NCBI GenBank assembly: GCA_002269645.1 | Contig: NIVC01000114.1 | Coordinates: forward strand, 897,218-961,217 | Length of the DNA stretch: 64,000 nucleotides | Reading direction: 5' to 3' | Source: Macrostomum lignano | Lineage: Eukaryota | In this document: in pieces, positions 58,901 through 64,000 of the stretch | Layout of the letters: every line of letters begins with the position of its first letter | Position numbering within the stretch: position 1 is the first letter of the stretch | Position numbers and translations under genes: made by a program | The notes under the pieces: generated by a model | The model's input: the letters and a program-made list of their open reading frames with translations, nothing else | Database searches by the model: none | What the model was told of the DNA's origin: nothing

Positions 58901-59424
58901 TGACCAGCCCGCTGAATTTGCGCCTTGTGGTGAACAGCTGCTGGGCCACGAACAGGAACGATGGCACAGGTTCTACATATTTCCTAGTGAAGGACAAATG
59001 CGCAAGTACTGGGACAACGACCATCTTCCAGTGGGACTCAAAGACTGTTGGTATCATCTTCCAAGTCATGTCGTTCACGCTCATACCCAGCAGTACGCCT
59101 ATCTACGTGTACAGCAACGTGACAATCTGCTCGGAGGGCGACACATCAGACACCTGCGACCAAGTCTGCGGCAGTGCTGTTGGACGTCGTCGCAGGCGCG
59201 ACCTATCAGCGCAGAAGCTGGGCGAAAGCAGCGCGCAGACATTCAACGGCCCGTTCCGGATGGAGATGCCGACTGAGGAGGAGTTGGCAGCCGCGGCGGA
59301 AAAGCGGAAGCCGGCCCCAGCGCCGGGCCCGGTGCCTGTTCTGGCTACTTCGACAGCGTCGGTCACGTTGGCGAGCAAGGCTTCTGCTGCGTTTTCAGTT
59401 TTACTGCTCTATAAACTGGTTTAG
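55952..59424 (+). CDS. Secreted or GPI-type SRCR-SRCR-ZP domain protein (DMBT1/uromodulin-like architecture), 4 exons, about 621 aa
   Basis: Exons 55952-56000 (signal MQSPVVGCFLLLLLGS), 56831-57093, 57596-57933, 58209-59424 join in frame (1866 nt). Two SRCR-like repeats (VRLVG..EGVVEV..YCD..VICAMLGY and LRLE..EGIV..GSVC..FCRMLC). ZP module with VVNSCWAT, furin site RRRRR and a hydrophobic C-terminus. Confidence 0.85.
57104..57557. repeat. (GACT)n microsatellite, about 450 bp, filling intron 2 of the SRCR-ZP gene
   Basis: Direct reading. Confidence 0.98.
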
Positions 59425-60186
59425 CGCTTCATCTGGACTATTTAATCAAAGTAAGTTTTATGCTGTAAAAATAGTTTCAACAAACGAAGCGTAGTAAAAT
59501 TGTACCTACTGGAGACCGGATCTACTTGAAAGAGCGTGTTTTACATTCAATATTGGCGCCAGATTATTGCGATGTCAGGAAGTTGATAATCATTAATGTC
59601 ACTTCTTAAAAGTGAACTTCTTATATTTTTATTAATCTCTGACAATTGAAAAATGTTTTAATATTAAATCACTGACCGTACACTGTTTAATGTCAATAGC
59701 TTTTTAAATAGCGCGCCTTAAAACCTTTTGAGGATTAATTTAAAATGCTAAATAGATATTTGAAAACCTTCTAGCGAGCTACTGTAATATGCTTCTACTT
59801 CATACAAATTGCACTACCGAAATGTAGTGTATTTTTGGCTCTAAAGCTCTGCGACACCAGCTGAAACTAAAATAAAAAGTTATTTCTTTAGAAGCAGCAG
59901 ATTTCTATCGTTTGAAAATTCTAATCTGTATTTTAATCACAAGAGAAAAAACTTGGATTTTGAGCTAACTTTCCTTTTGTCATATTGCTATGAAATACAG
60001 ATTATTGGTAATATACTATCAACAGCAAATAATTATGTTATTTGATATTCGAAGTCAATAAAATTAGAAAATTTTCAATAAGATCAAGAACTTGTTAAAT
60101 CATTTGCTAGAATCGACCCACATAGCTGGACACTATAGTGATTCCGAAATAAAACTTCTACGAAAAGATGGACAATTTTTTGATGG

Positions 60187-60886
60187 ACTCCTCAAAATGT
60201 TGGGCTCCACCAACAAAATTACCCTTAAGTGGGAATGAGTTAGCTGACGCCCTTGTAAAAGTCGACACCTTCGGCTCCTCTCTCGAGCCTGAACCCATTG
60301 TCCCGATTCCCGGCTGTCATCGACTCGCGCATCAAAGCGTGTATCAGGACCCAGCACCGCTCAGCTTGGGCGAACTGCACTACCGGCAGGCAATCCAGAG
60401 GCGCTGTCCCTCAGCCCTCTCACCAGCTCCGGAAGCTCCTCCTGCGCCTCTCGCGAAGAGACATCCGGGCTGCTACCATGACCCTCTCGGGTCACGGCTG
60501 CTTCTCCAGGCACCAGTACCTGCAGGGCAATACCACCAGCGCCAACTGTAGTTTCTGAAACTCAGGTGACGAAACCGCTGAACATTTCGTCAGAATCTGT
60601 CCCGCCTTCATGCGAGCCAGACTCGAGCCACACACATCAATTACTGAAGCGTCGAACCCGACAATTTTAATCAGCTCATGCGCTACCTCCGGGCCACCCG
60701 CAGGGCTGAACTCGCCCTTTCAGAGAGCATCATAGCTGCTGGCGACACTGGGGGACCTCCCTGGGCGGCGCCAACTCTTCGTCCATAGCGACGCGTCGGC
60801 CGTTCAGGGATTAGCGGAATGGGCGCCCACGCCTTCACGTTGCGTCCCTCCAGGACAGCCCTGAAGCTAAGTCAAACTAAGTCAAG
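60187..60886 (+). mobile_element. 5'-truncated, degenerate copy of the same LINE family (RNase H end, zinc knuckle, 3' UTR)
   Basis: Visibly similar to 48100-48840, with the same tail GCTAAGTCAA..TAAGTCAAG. Has an internal deletion over the WVPGHVGI region. Confidence 0.9.
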
Positions 60887-63007
60887 ATGACTGAACTTGT
60901 GAACAACAGAATAACTAAAAAATGTATAGAAGTTGCACTGAAAAAGGAATAAACGTTCTTTTACTAAAATTGAAAAAAAAATGTTTTGATCTTATAATCA
61001 ACTGAATCGAATAACACTCCAGTTAATCACTGATCGCCTACGCCTGAGTAATTAATCAAGGATCTCAAGGCTATTTAAGTTACAGCATATCCTGAAAAAA
61101 ATCATTTTTATAAATCCATCAAATTTAATAAACTGGTTTGCTCTTTTAATAGGATGAACGAGTTTTTAAGGTAAAATGTGATACTAGAGTGCTTCCAAAC
61201 AGTTTATTCATTAATTCTTTATACTTCTTTCGCTTGTAAGCATTTACATGTACACACATAAGACATAAAAAACATTACGAGCGTATTATTCTTTTTAATA
61301 AGTTGTCGTCAACTAGAAACCCTTTAGAACGCAGATCAAAGGACATCAGTTCTACTAATCAAGGTGTAAAACTGCAATAGTGTCCCAAAAAAACAGAGGA
61401 GAATACTGGGCCCATTGGGAAATCAAACAGATGAGCTAAATCAGCTAAGAGATTTTAATTTGCGTATATTCCATTCGTACCCAACGTCCAGTTTCTTTTG
61501 TCATCATTTATCCGCAAAGCGCTGCACTTAGTGTCTTAGGTCGGCATTTTCCTATAAACAAGATTTAGACAGAAGGATAAAGGCTACGCTGTAAATTGGA
61601 AATTTTCGTGCTCGCAATCGTGTGACTTTGACTAAGAAAAAACAAAAAATTACAGTTTCCAGGTTAAATAAAATGTTTTTTACAGACGTGATCGTGTAGA
61701 ATCACTCTCGTCAACTAATTTTTTTCAAGGGATTGACAGCCAAAAGGAAATAAGGCTTGGCATATAAACTCACTTTCGCATTTTTGTTGCAATAATATGC
61801 CGTGAGCTGTCAGCAAAGGAGGCCACTTGTTATGATAAGAATTCTTCAAAAATGCTAAAAAAACTTTTTTTGCAAAAAAATGCATTTTTCGAAGCCTACA
61901 TCACCTCAACATAAGAGTCGATGTTCTTCAATTGTTCTTTAATTGGAATTGGTTAAAACACAAATTGATGATTTTTAGTCATCACGACCTTGATACAGCG
62001 CTTAGAGTCATTTTAGATTATCTTTAAAAAACTTGATTGCATTGCTTTGATGCGGATGCAAGTAAACGCGCTTTACGGAAAAGGGTGAACAGTTGTTTTC
62101 AGTCTCGTAAAAAGGCTACAGATTTCACCCTCCCCCCCAACACTATTAATCTCCTGGCCCAGGCAATTCTTAGTACTCAAATAAAAACAAAAAAACAGCT
62201 AACCCTGACCTTCAGTTATATAGAACGGAATCAATAATATATATTTTCTCTGAACTTAAAGATTGCAAATCATATACTTTCACTTGAAGGTTTCAGCCGA
62301 TTCCATAGCAGGTGCACACACACGTGATGTGTCTGACCCTGATAAAATATATAATTTTTCGCAGGAAGTTTGTGAGCACCGTGCAACATCAGCGACATCG
62401 TCCAACAAACAGCGGTAAGGTACCGTTGACTCCTGACTACATACAACCGTCCCGGTACTGTACAGTGCTCCGATCATGTATTCACTTATTTTACCTTCCG
62501 CGGTTGATAATGAGTTAACGCGATGGGTCAATAGAAAAATATTAAAGTCGAATTTTCACGTCAGTTGGGAGCGGGTAGTTGTTAAGTCTCTTAGGATCAC
62601 ACATAAGGTAAGAAAGGTAATAATTTTAGAAATGGCTTATGAATTCTAATAAAATCTTGATTGATAGATGAGATGATTGCATATTTAATGCGTGACGACT
62701 GTTACACGATGCCTAATTCGAGTCAAGGCTGCGTGATCGAAGTGAATTTCGCCTTTACGACAATTTATGTCGCCTCAGACTTTTCAGTTCGACAAATTTA
62801 TGTCGAAGCGAAGCCAAGCATAAAAAGAGGAAATTGGCTCCCGCACAACGTCACTAGCAGGTAGCGACGTTACTGCAAATTTACTGCAGTTATAATTGGC
62901 AAATATTAGTACTATTATTAGAATTTTAAGAAATCCAACTACTCAGGTATTTTCTATTTCTCGGACTATATTTAAGACCATACTAATAATGATAAATAAT
63001 ATTTAAT

Positions 63008-63295
63008 TACACCTGCCCTAATGGCCAGATGTGCAACCGACAGCTCAGCCGCAGCTATTGCGCGGCGTATCTGAAGGCTGCGTACGGCTGTTCAGTCCAA
63101 GGACTGGGAGGGTCGCCACACACCCTCAATTACCCCAGCTAATGCTGGCACCCATTTTACAGCTGGGTGAACTGAAGCAATGCAGAGTTAAGTGTCTTGC
63201 TCAATTGACACAAATTGTTCCGAGTGGGGTCGAGAACCGAACCCCCGACCTACAGTCGTGAGTCCGATGCTCTAACCTCAAGGCTACAACCCCGG
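63008..63295 (-). mobile_element. tRNA-derived SINE, full length, same family
   Basis: Reverse complement GGGGTTGTAGCCTTGAGGTTAGAGCATCGG...GAGCAAGACACTTAAC...CCCAGCTGTAAAATGGG...GCGCAATAGCTGCGGCTGAGCTG. Confidence 0.85.
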
Positions 63296-64000
63296 CATAA
63301 GACTGTAATACTCGTATTTCGTCGATGCTTTGAGTAGAGACAATTACCAAAAATTAAACATAGTTCCGCAAGCAATCTAATTAGTAAAATCATAAATGAA
63401 AAATTGCCTACAGGCGGCGGTAGAGCGTTTGTCTGACTGAGTTCAAAAAGCGCATTCACGGAGGCGGAGCACGTGATTTTGAGAGCCCGACGATCAGACT
63501 TGAGTTCAAAGAAAGACCAACCTCTCGTCTGAGCTAACAAAGGACTACGAGCGTACCGTCGCATTTTTCTACAATTGAAAGTTGCATTTCGATTTTCAAA
63601 TCTTTTTTCTAAGCCGAAATTCGTCGAGCCAAACTGCTCATCAAAGCCGAAAGCGCTTACAAAAGAGCATCCGCGAGTGCGTGTTCAACAACAGTCTGTT
63701 GCTGATACAAAACTGACAGATGCTTCGGCTCGTTTTAATTCGACAGGAGTTAAGTTCACCAAATATTCTAATTTAGTAAGTATTTTTAGTACATGGATCT
63801 ACATGTAAATTTGAAACATGATAGCCGGCATTTGAAAAAGGTTTTGAACTAGAAAATGGGGACACCAAATTCTGAAATGAAGACCTAATTAGGTAAATGG
63901 CACCAAATTAGTAAATGAACACAAATTAGGAACTGAATACCAAATTACGTAATTATTACCAAATTGGGAAATGAATACCAAATTAAAAATAAGGACACTA

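Overview
Eukaryotic (metazoan, intron-rich, repeat-rich) genomic DNA. The style is compatible with a free-living flatworm such as Macrostomum, but that is inference only. All gene models were assembled by hand from GT-AG sites and reading-frame continuity. The left 25 kb is a head-to-tail minus-strand array of three paralogous single-pass EGF/laminin-G receptor genes. Their ectodomains are Crumbs-like. Copy A (24438-17982) is complete, about 1037 aa. Copy B (17256-5449) is complete, about 779 aa, and has lost one LamG block. Copy C (from 4698) runs off the window. In A and B the short Crumbs FERM/ERLI tail is replaced by a four-exon tail of about 130-140 aa carrying tyrosine and proline signalling motifs. 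Upstream on the same strand are KDSR (intronless) and ALG2 (two exons), separated by minisatellites. The middle holds a 4.8-kb foldback-type element with 1,123-bp inverted arms and an 8-bp TSD that encloses retroelement fragments, followed by a full-length LOA-type LINE (13-bp TSD, one nonsense codon). The right part has a four-exon SRCR-SRCR-ZP gene, a truncated LINE copy and a SINE. Also present are a degenerate Ty3/Gypsy element, tRNA-headed SINEs, MITEs and many mini/microsatellites. Most long ORFs in the supplied track are repeat artefacts.
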